A stretch of 11,084 nt of DNA, from positions 1 to 11,084 of the forward strand of contig JALTLO010000160.1 of assembly GCA_027001995.1 (NCBI GenBank), read 5' to 3'. The position numbers were made by a program, and so were the translations under genes. The stretch comes from Planctomycetota bacterium. GTDB taxonomy: Bacteria; Planctomycetota; GCA-002687715; DRQF01. Shown piece after piece: positions 1 through 7,132 of this stretch (positions within the stretch are counted from its first letter, which is position 1; each line of letters begins with the position of its first letter). Under the pieces are notes generated by a model that saw nothing but the letters and a program-made list of their open reading frames with translations, made no database searches and had not been told where the DNA came from.

Positions 1-396
1 AAGAAGTCCAGAGACCTGGCCGAAAAACGCTTCCAAGAAATTGCCAACAACACCAGCGACGCTCGTTTATCTCGAGAAATCAAGAGCCTCGGAAAAGACA
101 GCAACGGTTTCTCTGCTGGTATGGGAAATCACTTCGAAGAAAAGCAGAACAAGCCGGACGACGGCCATGCTCAAGCCCTTGACGCCATGGAAGACCTTTT
201 GATCACTGTCTTCGGCGGCTTAGGGAAAGCCCCACCAAGAGCGAACAGTCCCGTCCTTGATTCAGAAATCAAGAAAAGATCTCGGAAGGTTCCCGAGCAA
301 GTGCAATCATCCAGCCACGTTTCAGCTTTAGGATTGAGCCAGACAGAAGAGCGCTACGTCATGAAATATTTGGAATTGCGGCGAGCCCGGCGCTAA
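1..396 (+). CDS. Hypothetical protein, C-terminal part (5'-truncated at window edge)
   Basis: Frame +1 is open from base 1 (KKSRDLAEKRFQEIANN...) through the listed 121..396 ORF to TAA at 394-396, so ATG 121 is probably internal. The sequence is hydrophilic, ends in EERYVMKYLELRRARR and converges on the kinase gene 33 bp away. No family recognised. Confidence 0.65.
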   Translation, partial: KKSRDLAEKRFQEIANNTSDARLSREIKSLGKDSNGFSAGMGNHFEEKQNKPDDGHAQALDAMEDLLITVFGGLGKAPPRANSPVLDSEIKKRSRKVPEQVQSSSHVSALGLSQTEERYVMKYLELRRARR

Positions 397-429
397 TCCC
401 AAATCAACTTCCCAAGCGAACCCATCTTC

Positions 430-1554
430 CTATCGACGGCGACGCCTTCGGGAGGACCGTGGGGTAGGAGCATTCGTAGGCAGATCATCCCCCATCCCCA
501 GCTTAGATAGAACCCCCTCAAGGTCGCGATTCAACTCTCCAGGTGTCTGGTAACGATCTGCAGGATTCTTGCGCATCATCTTAAGAATGATGTGGTTGAT
601 CTCCGGATGGAGACCTGGCAAACGATCTTTCGGGGCTGGTGGCACTTCATTGATATGCGCAACCATGGTGACTGCTGGATTGGGGTTCTCGAAGGGCGTA
701 TGCCCCGTCACCATGTGATAGAAGGTTGCCCCGAGGGAATAGATGTCTGTACGAACATCCACGTGTTCATCTCCTCGGGCCTGCTCTGGGGAAATATAAT
801 TGGGTGTTCCCATGGCCGAACCCGTATCCGTGGTATCTCCTGAACTTTCGAGATCTTTCACCAAGCCCAGGTCGCAGAGTTTTGCCGTTCCTCCGCTAAT
901 GATCATGATGTTGTCCGGTTTGATGTCGCGGTGAATGATTTGCGAGGAATAGGCGTGGTCCAGAGCACGGGCAACTTGAAGAATAATCCGCGTCGCTCTT
1001 TCTTGAGAGAGACTTCCACCCCGTTTAATGAGATCAAGAACTGTGGGGCCATCACAGTATTCCATGACAATGTAGCAGAGAGAGTTGCTTTCCCCGACGT
1101 CAATGCACTGGACAATATTGGGGTGATTCAGGCGGGCCAAAATCTTAGCTTCCTTTTCGAAGCGGGCCACAAATTTGCGATTGTTTTGCAGAAAGGGTGC
1201 CAAGATTTTAATGGCGACCATGCGATCCAAAGACAATTGCTGAGCCTGAAAAACTGTTCCCATTGAACCTTTACCCAATTTCTTGAGCAACTTGTAACCA
1301 CGAATACTATTCGCCCGGCTCAACTTCTCGATGTGCTTGCAGATTTTTTCGTATTGCCCGAGAGTGATCAAATTTTTCTCTAAGAGAACATCCCCAAGCC
1401 CCTTCGGGCTGACACCTAACTCGGCGATTTTAGCTTGGACGTCTCGGGCTTCATTGAGCTGCCCGACCGTCACAAGGGAGTTCTTGAGAGCAATTTTTGC
1501 GAAGAGCTCATCTCGAACTCTTACGGCTTCCGCATTGGATTCCTGCTGGGTCAT
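430..1554 (-). CDS. Hanks-type serine/threonine protein kinase, soluble, with N-terminal helical-repeat (MshEN-like) region
   Basis: Kinase motifs present: LGKGSMGTV (Gly loop), VAIK, LNHPNIV, HRDIKPDN, DLG (DFG variant), GTPNYISPEQ, DIYSLG. No transmembrane segment evident. ATGA overlap with the ybeY stop at 1551-1554. Confidence 0.96.
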   Translation of the reverse strand: MTQQESNAEAVRVRDELFAKIALKNSLVTVGQLNEARDVQAKIAELGVSPKGLGDVLLEKNLITLGQYEKICKHIEKLSRANSIRGYKLLKKLGKGSMGTVFQAQQLSLDRMVAIKILAPFLQNNRKFVARFEKEAKILARLNHPNIVQCIDVGESNSLCYIVMEYCDGPTVLDLIKRGGSLSQERATRIILQVARALDHAYSSQIIHRDIKPDNIMIISGGTAKLCDLGLVKDLESSGDTTDTGSAMGTPNYISPEQARGDEHVDVRTDIYSLGATFYHMVTGHTPFENPNPAVTMVAHINEVPPAPKDRLPGLHPEINHIILKMMRKNPADRYQTPGELNRDLEGVLSKLGMGDDLPTNAPTPRSSRRRRRR

Positions 1555-1982
1555 TCCGTCGTCTCGTAACCTATCTCAGCCAACAAGGCCCGTTGGCGTG
1601 CATGCATCCGCAATTTATCTTCAGGGTCATGATCGTCATAGCCCAAAAGGTGAAGTGTGCCATGGACACAGTATAGCAATACCTCAGAAATGAAGGTCAT
1701 ATTCCGTAATTCTGCTTCTCGCCGGGCCGTGTCAACAGAAACAACAATTTCAGCATCAACTCCAGGACCATCGTCACGCAAATCGAAGCAAATCACATCC
1801 GTGGCATAATCATGTTCTAAGAACTGTCGATTCATGTGGTGAATTGCTTCATCATCCACCAAGACAATACTGAGATCAAGATCGACGCCTTCCGCTGACA
1901 ATGTCATTTGGACGGCTCGCTCGACCTCTTCAGGAGTGACATCACTGACATCAGTTTCAAAAGAAACATCGATCATACTCAT
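1551..1982 (-). CDS. ybeY: rRNA maturation endoribonuclease YbeY
   Basis: NRQFLEHDYATDVICF and HGTLHLLGYDDH metal-binding motif, 143 aa, in the canonical position downstream of phoH with an ATGA overlap. Confidence 0.95.
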   Translation of the reverse strand: MSMIDVSFETDVSDVTPEEVERAVQMTLSAEGVDLDLSIVLVDDEAIHHMNRQFLEHDYATDVICFDLRDDGPGVDAEIVVSVDTARREAELRNMTFISEVLLYCVHGTLHLLGYDDHDPEDKLRMHARQRALLAEIGYETTE

Positions 1983-2983
1983 GGGGAACGGCGCCGAGAT
2001 TTCTCGTTATGCCGGCTCCGAATCGGTCGACTAGAATCCCCATCTTTTTCTGCCTTCCGGGCGTGCTCATCAGCTATGCCATAGGCTTTGACGATTCTCT
2101 GGACCACCGGATGACGCACGATATCGCTATGCCCCATTTGCATGATCTCGATGCCCTCGACATTTCTCAGAACGCGTACGGCGGTGGCCAACCCCGAGCG
2201 TTGTCCATTGGGCAGGTCGACTTGGGAGATGTCCCCCGTGATGACGATTTTGCTCTCCCGTCCCATCCGTGTGAGAAACATCTTCATTTGGGCGTTCGTT
2301 GTGTTTTGAGCTTCGTCCAAGATGATGAAAGCATGATTCAACGTGCGGCCACGCATATAAGCCAGGGGGCAAATCTCGATGATTCCCTCTTCGATAAACC
2401 GTTTCATGGTAGCGGCAGTCAAGAGGTCATCGAGGGAGTCATAGAGTGGCCGCAAGTAGGGCCCGATCTTGGCTTCCAAGTCACCGGGCAAGAAACCCAA
2501 GTGCTCTCCCGCCTCAACTGCGGGGCGAACCAAGACAAGTTTGCGAAATTCACCAGACTTAACCGCAGCGACGGCCATGGCCACAGCCAAAAAAGTCTTC
2601 CCCGTGCCGGCGGGGCCCACACCCAAAGTAACAGGGTTGGCTGCAATCAACTCCATATACTTGGCTTGATTCGGTGTCCGTGGTTTCACGCCAGCCTTGT
2701 ATGCCACCTTCGATGAGTTGTTGCCCTTTTCTGTGTGCTCACAGAATATCTCCGCGATATCGGATGCTTCGGCACCTTGCTCACGAATAAGTTGAAGAGC
2801 CTTTTGAACCGCTGTGGCGGCAGCCTCAATGCGATCGGGATCACCGGTCAAAGAAAGCAGACCTCCTCGAGAAGCCACGTCGACTTTGAAAGTCAAACGC
2901 AGACTACGAATATTGCGGTCCAGGTGGCCTAAGAGGATTCTCTCCTCATCAATGTTCTGCAAACTGATCGTGACTTCGGACAC
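1979..2983 (-). CDS. phoH: PhoH-family ATPase (YbeZ-like)
   Basis: PRTPNQ, GPAGTGKT (Walker A), RPAVEAGEHLGFLPGDL, PYLRPLYD, AYMRGRTL, ILDEAQN, MFLTRMG, TGDISQVDLP, DIVRHPVV. GTG start. Confidence 0.96.
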   Translation of the reverse strand: MSEVTISLQNIDEERILLGHLDRNIRSLRLTFKVDVASRGGLLSLTGDPDRIEAAATAVQKALQLIREQGAEASDIAEIFCEHTEKGNNSSKVAYKAGVKPRTPNQAKYMELIAANPVTLGVGPAGTGKTFLAVAMAVAAVKSGEFRKLVLVRPAVEAGEHLGFLPGDLEAKIGPYLRPLYDSLDDLLTAATMKRFIEEGIIEICPLAYMRGRTLNHAFIILDEAQNTTNAQMKMFLTRMGRESKIVITGDISQVDLPNGQRSGLATAVRVLRNVEGIEIMQMGHSDIVRHPVVQRIVKAYGIADEHARKAEKDGDSSRPIRSRHNEKSRRRSP

Positions 2984-2996
2984 AGATTGTGACTCC

Positions 2997-3842
2997 CTAT
3001 CCCATCGCGCAAGTAAAAAATGCTGCCACTGGCATGGCGAATATCAGGCTGTCCAGGATATCAAGTGCGCCACCGAAAGTAGGCAAGATATCGCCAGAAT
3101 CTTTGACCGCAAAACAGCGCTTGATCATGGACTCTGAAAAATCACCCATTTGAGTTGCCACATTCATCAAGAAACCGAATAGCAAGATTTGCCCCGTGCT
3201 TCCCTGGGCTAAGCCATCGACGCCCCATGCCTTGGCTGCGAAGAGAACGGCCAAAGTAAGAAGCAAGCCACCGAAAGATCCTTCCCAAGACTTCTTCGGT
3301 GAGACATGGGGCATGACACGGTGTCGCCCAAACTTCGTCCCCGCCAAATAGCCCCCCATATCGCCGCACTTTGAAGTCAACACCATCAACGCCGCGAAAG
3401 CCACGCCATTTTGCATCGCGATGAGCTGCAAGAACCCCATGGGTAAGGCGATGTAGACAAAAGCAAAAACAGATACAGCGACAGCCTGCATGGTTTCAAC
3501 TTTCGCAGTTTCATTCTTTTGCAAGTGAAAGGTAGCCCAAATCAAATTGCCAAACATGAGGCCCATGGTCAGGAGCAGCAAATAGTCCGATGTTGAAGTG
3601 CCAAGAGTCTGGCTCATGGATTGCCAACGGCCAAAGAAGGCCGCAGCCCCAGCCCCCACTGTCAATAAGAGCGGAACTTTGAGGGAGACCCCTGCCATGC
3701 GCAGGAATTCTCTCTGCGCCAACATAGTCATCAACAAAATTGCCACCACCGTCAGAACGGGTTTACCGATGACTTGGTCGCCAAAAGCGATACCGGTCAG
3801 AAAGAGAAGCAAGCATGTCCCGATGATGATCCTCTTACGCAT
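2997..3842 (-). CDS. cdsA: Phosphatidate cytidylyltransferase (CDP-diglyceride synthase)
   Basis: Multi-pass hydrophobic protein with D-x-x-x-Y-x-x-G-x-x-FG, SPKKSWEG and GDFSESMIKR..VKDSG..LP.FGG.LD..DS. It lies directly downstream of uppS. Start reassigned to ATG 3842 (MRKRIIIG; 8-bp overlap with the uppS end) from the 3950 given in the ORF track. Confidence 0.93.
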   Translation of the reverse strand: MRKRIIIGTCLLLFLTGIAFGDQVIGKPVLTVVAILLMTMLAQREFLRMAGVSLKVPLLLTVGAGAAAFFGRWQSMSQTLGTSTSDYLLLLTMGLMFGNLIWATFHLQKNETAKVETMQAVAVSVFAFVYIALPMGFLQLIAMQNGVAFAALMVLTSKCGDMGGYLAGTKFGRHRVMPHVSPKKSWEGSFGGLLLTLAVLFAAKAWGVDGLAQGSTGQILLFGFLMNVATQMGDFSESMIKRCFAVKDSGDILPTFGGALDILDSLIFAMPVAAFFTCAMG

Positions 3843-4605
3843 CAACCGGTCGCACCAATCCACCGAACTTCCGCTTTCGGTTTCCGTAACTCGAAAGTGC
3901 GGAGGCCAGATCTTGTTTGTCAAAGTCAGGCCAGAGGGTGTCGCAAACAAAAATTTCGCCGTAGGAAATTTGCCACAGAAGAAAATTACTCACGCGCAAT
4001 TCTCCCGCTGTCCTCACCAGCAAATCCACGTCCGGCATCCTCGGATCATAAAGACGATCTTGGAGGGCCTGTTCGTCAACGTCTTCCAAGGCAAGGTGAC
4101 CTGTTTGCACATCACGGGCAACCTTCTTGGCAGCATCCGCGAGTTCACTTCGACCACCATAGTTGAGCGCTAACCTGAGAGTCATACCATCATTGGAGGA
4201 TGAAAGTTCCCGAAGTTTCTCAAGCTCGTTGCGAACCCCCTTGGGAAATTCATCAGTGCGACCCAAAGTTCGAAACTGAATATTGTTGTCCATGATCGTC
4301 GCACGTTCTCGAACGACGAATCGCTTCAGGAGTGCTAAGAGAAATTCAACTTCATGACGTGGACGTTTGACGTAATTCTCTACTGATAGAGCATACAAGG
4401 TCAACTCTTCCAGCCCCATCTCCGCGCAAGTCGTAGTAATACGTCTGACTGTGCCAGCGCCTTCCTTATGACCACGGGTCCGCCTTAATCCACGGGAGTT
4501 GGCCCAGCGTCCATTGCCATCCATGATGATGGCCAAATGGCGGAGCCCCTCCGGAATCCTCAGATCTGTCTCTGTTGTGTGGGCGGAATCGCCACTCATT
4601 GTCAT
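3835..4605 (-). CDS. uppS: Isoprenyl transferase / undecaprenyl diphosphate synthase
   Basis: HLAIIMDGNGRWA, GHKEG, YALSVEN, ALNYGGRSE, DLLVRTAGELRVSNFLLWQISY, RKFGG. Start reassigned to ATG 4605 (ATGA overlap with the purA stop); ATG 4599 is an alternative. Confidence 0.96.
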   Translation of the reverse strand: MTMSGDSAHTTETDLRIPEGLRHLAIIMDGNGRWANSRGLRRTRGHKEGAGTVRRITTTCAEMGLEELTLYALSVENYVKRPRHEVEFLLALLKRFVVRERATIMDNNIQFRTLGRTDEFPKGVRNELEKLRELSSSNDGMTLRLALNYGGRSELADAAKKVARDVQTGHLALEDVDEQALQDRLYDPRMPDVDLLVRTAGELRVSNFLLWQISYGEIFVCDTLWPDFDKQDLASALSSYGNRKRKFGGLVRPVDA

Positions 4606-5873
4606 CTCTCTATGATGGCCTCGCGGCCTGGCCCTACAGAAATGGCACCCACGGGTGCGCCACACAGTTCTTCAATCCGATCAACATACGCTTTCATATT
4701 AGCTGGCAGGTCGACGTAATTCCTTGTGTCCGAAATATCTTCCGTCCATCCAGGAAGAGTCTCATAGATTGGTTCGACTTTCGACAAGTCTTCGGAATCG
4801 GCAGGATAGCGTTTGGTGACTTTGTCGCCCACCTTGTAAGCCGTACAGATTGCAATCTCCTCGCAACCACTGAGGACATCTGACTTCGTCAAGAGAATCT
4901 TGTCCACACCATTGACTTGAACCGCAAATCGAGCGCCTACAGCATCAAACCAGCCGCAGCGCCTAGGGCGTCCCGTCGTGGCACCATATTCTGCACCCCG
5001 ATCCCTCAGACCCTGACCGACTTCGCAAGCGAGCTCGGTGGGAAACGGTCCGGAGCCCACCCGCGTGGTATACGCTTTCAAGACACCTAAGGTCTGGTCC
5101 AATGCCCGTGCGGGGATTCCTGATCCTGAAATCAGACCGCCAATATTTGTCGTACTCGACGTGACGTAGGGGTAGGTTCCCAAGTCAATATCAAGAAGGA
5201 CCCCCTGGGCGCCTTCTAAAAAGATCTTCCGTCCTTCATTGAGAGCATCGTGCAACATGGCAACCGTATCTGCCACATAGGGTTTGAGCTTGCGACCCAA
5301 CTCCAAGTACAACTCGACCGTGTCGTCTAAGCCCTGGGCGTCCGTCCCAAGTGACTCCAAGCGTTTCTTGCGCAAGTCTGCTGCAGCACCAAGCCTCGCC
5401 TTGAGACGGTCCTCGTCCAAGAGATCCAAGACCCGTAAACCCTGCCGGGAAGCTTTCTCTTCATAGCAAGGTCCAATGCCCCTCTTGGTCGTACCGATTT
5501 TTCCACCTTGTCGAGCGTCCTCCTGAGCTTGATCAAGAAGCTTGTGAAATGGCAACACAACATGTGCCCGGTCCGAAACGAAGAGACGACCGGTGACATC
5601 AACACCCTTGCCTTCTAAAGTCGCAACTTCATCAAGAAACTGGGCTGGGTCTAAGACGACACCATGCCCAATGACGCACACCGCCTTTGGACTCAGGACC
5701 CCACTTGGAATGAGGTGTAAGACGGTGGTTTCACCTTGCACCTTCACGGTGTGTCCGGCGTTACTACCACCCTGGCAGCGAACGATGAATTCGTTCTCTG
5801 CAGACAGGATGTCTACCATCTTCCCTTTTCCTTCATCGCCCCATTGGAGGCCAAGAAGTGCTGTAACGGTCAT
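4602..5873 (-). CDS. purA: Adenylosuccinate synthetase
   Basis: GLQWGDEGKGK, QGGSNAGHT, HLIPSG, IGTTKRGIGPCY, EGAQG, GTYPYVTSS, KAYTTRVGSGPFPTE, EYGATTGRPRRCGWFD, SVGPGR. ATG 5873 fits typical homolog length; GTG 5879 is an alternative. Confidence 0.98.
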   Translation of the reverse strand: MTVTALLGLQWGDEGKGKMVDILSAENEFIVRCQGGSNAGHTVKVQGETTVLHLIPSGVLSPKAVCVIGHGVVLDPAQFLDEVATLEGKGVDVTGRLFVSDRAHVVLPFHKLLDQAQEDARQGGKIGTTKRGIGPCYEEKASRQGLRVLDLLDEDRLKARLGAAADLRKKRLESLGTDAQGLDDTVELYLELGRKLKPYVADTVAMLHDALNEGRKIFLEGAQGVLLDIDLGTYPYVTSSTTNIGGLISGSGIPARALDQTLGVLKAYTTRVGSGPFPTELACEVGQGLRDRGAEYGATTGRPRRCGWFDAVGARFAVQVNGVDKILLTKSDVLSGCEEIAICTAYKVGDKVTKRYPADSEDLSKVEPIYETLPGWTEDISDTRNYVDLPANMKAYVDRIEELCGAPVGAISVGPGREAIIER

Positions 5874-5936
5874 GGGCACTGGCTCACTGTCATATCAGTT
5901 GAAAACTACGAGACTTATGTCATTTCCGGAGCGATT

Positions 5937-5965
5937 ATTTTAACCCCGGCTTACGGGGAGGTCAA
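5937..5965 (-). promoter_or_regulatory. Putative sigma70-type internal promoter for purA and downstream genes
   Basis: Minus strand TTGACC (5965-5960), a 17-nt spacer, then TAAAAT (5942-5937). Each hexamer matches consensus 5/6, and the element sits in one of only two sizeable intergenic gaps in the cluster. Confidence 0.7.
5944..5958. repeat. Short inverted repeat CCCCG-N5-CGGGG within the promoter spacer, just after the carA stop
   Basis: Plus strand ccccg gctta cgggg at 5944-5958. No long U-tract follows on the minus strand, so it is not a convincing intrinsic terminator. Confidence 0.5.
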
Positions 5966-7119
5966 GCAGGAGCTGAACGTTCCTCCGTCCCCATCATGTC
6001 GCGAAAGCGATGGAACAGGTAAAGAGAATCATGAGGGCCTGGTGAGGCTTCAGGGTGATATTGAACAGAGAAGGCCATGGATCCGGGCACCTCAAATCCT
6101 TCCACTGTCTGGTCATTCAAGTTGATATGGGTCACCCGTCCACCTGCTGCTTCCACGGAAGCAGCAGTGGTGGCGAACCCATGATTCTGGGCCGTCACTT
6201 CCACTTTGCCGCTGTCGATCTCTTGTACTGGATGGTTCGAGCCATGGTGGCCAAACTTCAGCTTCTCGATCTCCGCTCCGATGGCCAAAGCGAGAATCTG
6301 GTGTCCCAAGCAAATGCCGAAGATCGGAACTTGTCCTAACAGGCCTTTCACCGTGTCCACAACATATGTCAGAGGCCGCGGATCTCCGGGGCCGTTGGAC
6401 AAGAAAACTCCGTCGGGTTTCATCGCCAAAACTTCCGCAGCGCTGGTCGATGCCGGAACAACGATCACTTCACACCCCACTGCCCTCAAGGAGCGAAAAA
6501 TAGTGCTCTTCGCGCCAAAATCGAATGCCACGACCTTCCGAGATCTGCCCCCATCTGTTGAAAGGCCGGGTTTGAACCCTGAGACGAAATCCGAATCAAA
6601 ACTGCTGGACTCACGACAGGTAACTTTCTCCACCATGTCCTGACCGATCAGGTCGGGAACAGTTTTGATTTTCTGGGCCAGTTCTTCATCTGAGAGGGAC
6701 TCGGAAGTGATGAAACAACGCATGGCCCCCTTTTCGCGGACCCGAAGAGTCAGAGAGCGTGTGTCGACCCCTTCCAGAGCCACCACACCATACCGTGTAA
6801 AATAGTCTCGCAAATCTTCTTGGGAGCGATAGTTGGACGTCAATTCCGTACATTCACGAACAACGAACCCTGAAACGCAGGGACCAGGGGACTCTTCGTC
6901 CTCTGCATTCATCCCGTAGTTCCCAATAAGAGGATAAGTCATGACAACAACTTGCCCTGTGTATGAGGGATCGGTGATGACTTCCTGATAGCCAGAAAGG
7001 GCGGTGTTGAACACCAGCTCGCCACCGGCTTCCCCTGAGGCTCCACAGGGAGTGCCATGCCATATGGAACCATCCTCAAGGATGAGTCGCCCCTGCATGA
7101 GTTTCGAGAGATCTCGCAT
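5962..7119 (-). CDS. carA: Carbamoyl-phosphate synthase small (glutaminase) subunit
   Basis: LILEDG, GELVFNT..SGYQE..TDPSY.GQ, YPLIGNYG, GVDTR.LT...R..G, FLSNGPGDP, FGICLGHQ (catalytic Cys), KFGHHGSNHPV, QNHGF, SVQYHPEASPGPHD. An AAGGA SD-like sequence lies upstream of ATG 7119; ATG 7098 is an alternative. Confidence 0.98.
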   Translation of the reverse strand: MRDLSKLMQGRLILEDGSIWHGTPCGASGEAGGELVFNTALSGYQEVITDPSYTGQVVVMTYPLIGNYGMNAEDEESPGPCVSGFVVRECTELTSNYRSQEDLRDYFTRYGVVALEGVDTRSLTLRVREKGAMRCFITSESLSDEELAQKIKTVPDLIGQDMVEKVTCRESSSFDSDFVSGFKPGLSTDGGRSRKVVAFDFGAKSTIFRSLRAVGCEVIVVPASTSAAEVLAMKPDGVFLSNGPGDPRPLTYVVDTVKGLLGQVPIFGICLGHQILALAIGAEIEKLKFGHHGSNHPVQEIDSGKVEVTAQNHGFATTAASVEAAGGRVTHINLNDQTVEGFEVPGSMAFSVQYHPEASPGPHDSLYLFHRFRDMMGTEERSAPA

Positions 7120-7132
7120 TAGGATCCTTCAA

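Noticed and set aside
2009..2716. 235-aa plus-strand ORF antisense to phoH, and the other long antisense ORFs (3598..4173, 6206..6643, 8617..9120, 9312..9758)
   Set aside because: They lie entirely opposite well-conserved genes, have no recognisable motifs, and are expected as antisense shadows of real coding frames.
3843..3950. N-terminal extension of cdsA in the ORF track (likewise 4606..4665 for uppS)
   Set aside because: Both overlap deeply into the upstream gene. Downstream ATGs (3842, 4605) give normal lengths and coupled junctions.
3951..3971. Inverted repeat AAATTTC-N7-GAAATTT inside uppS
   Set aside because: It is AT-rich, lies within conserved coding sequence (WQISYGEIF), has no second copy and is compatible with chance.
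5944..5958. Hairpin after carA as a Rho-independent terminator
   Set aside because: The stem is only 5 bp and is followed by TTAAAAT, not a U-tract. It is better explained as part of the promoter spacer.
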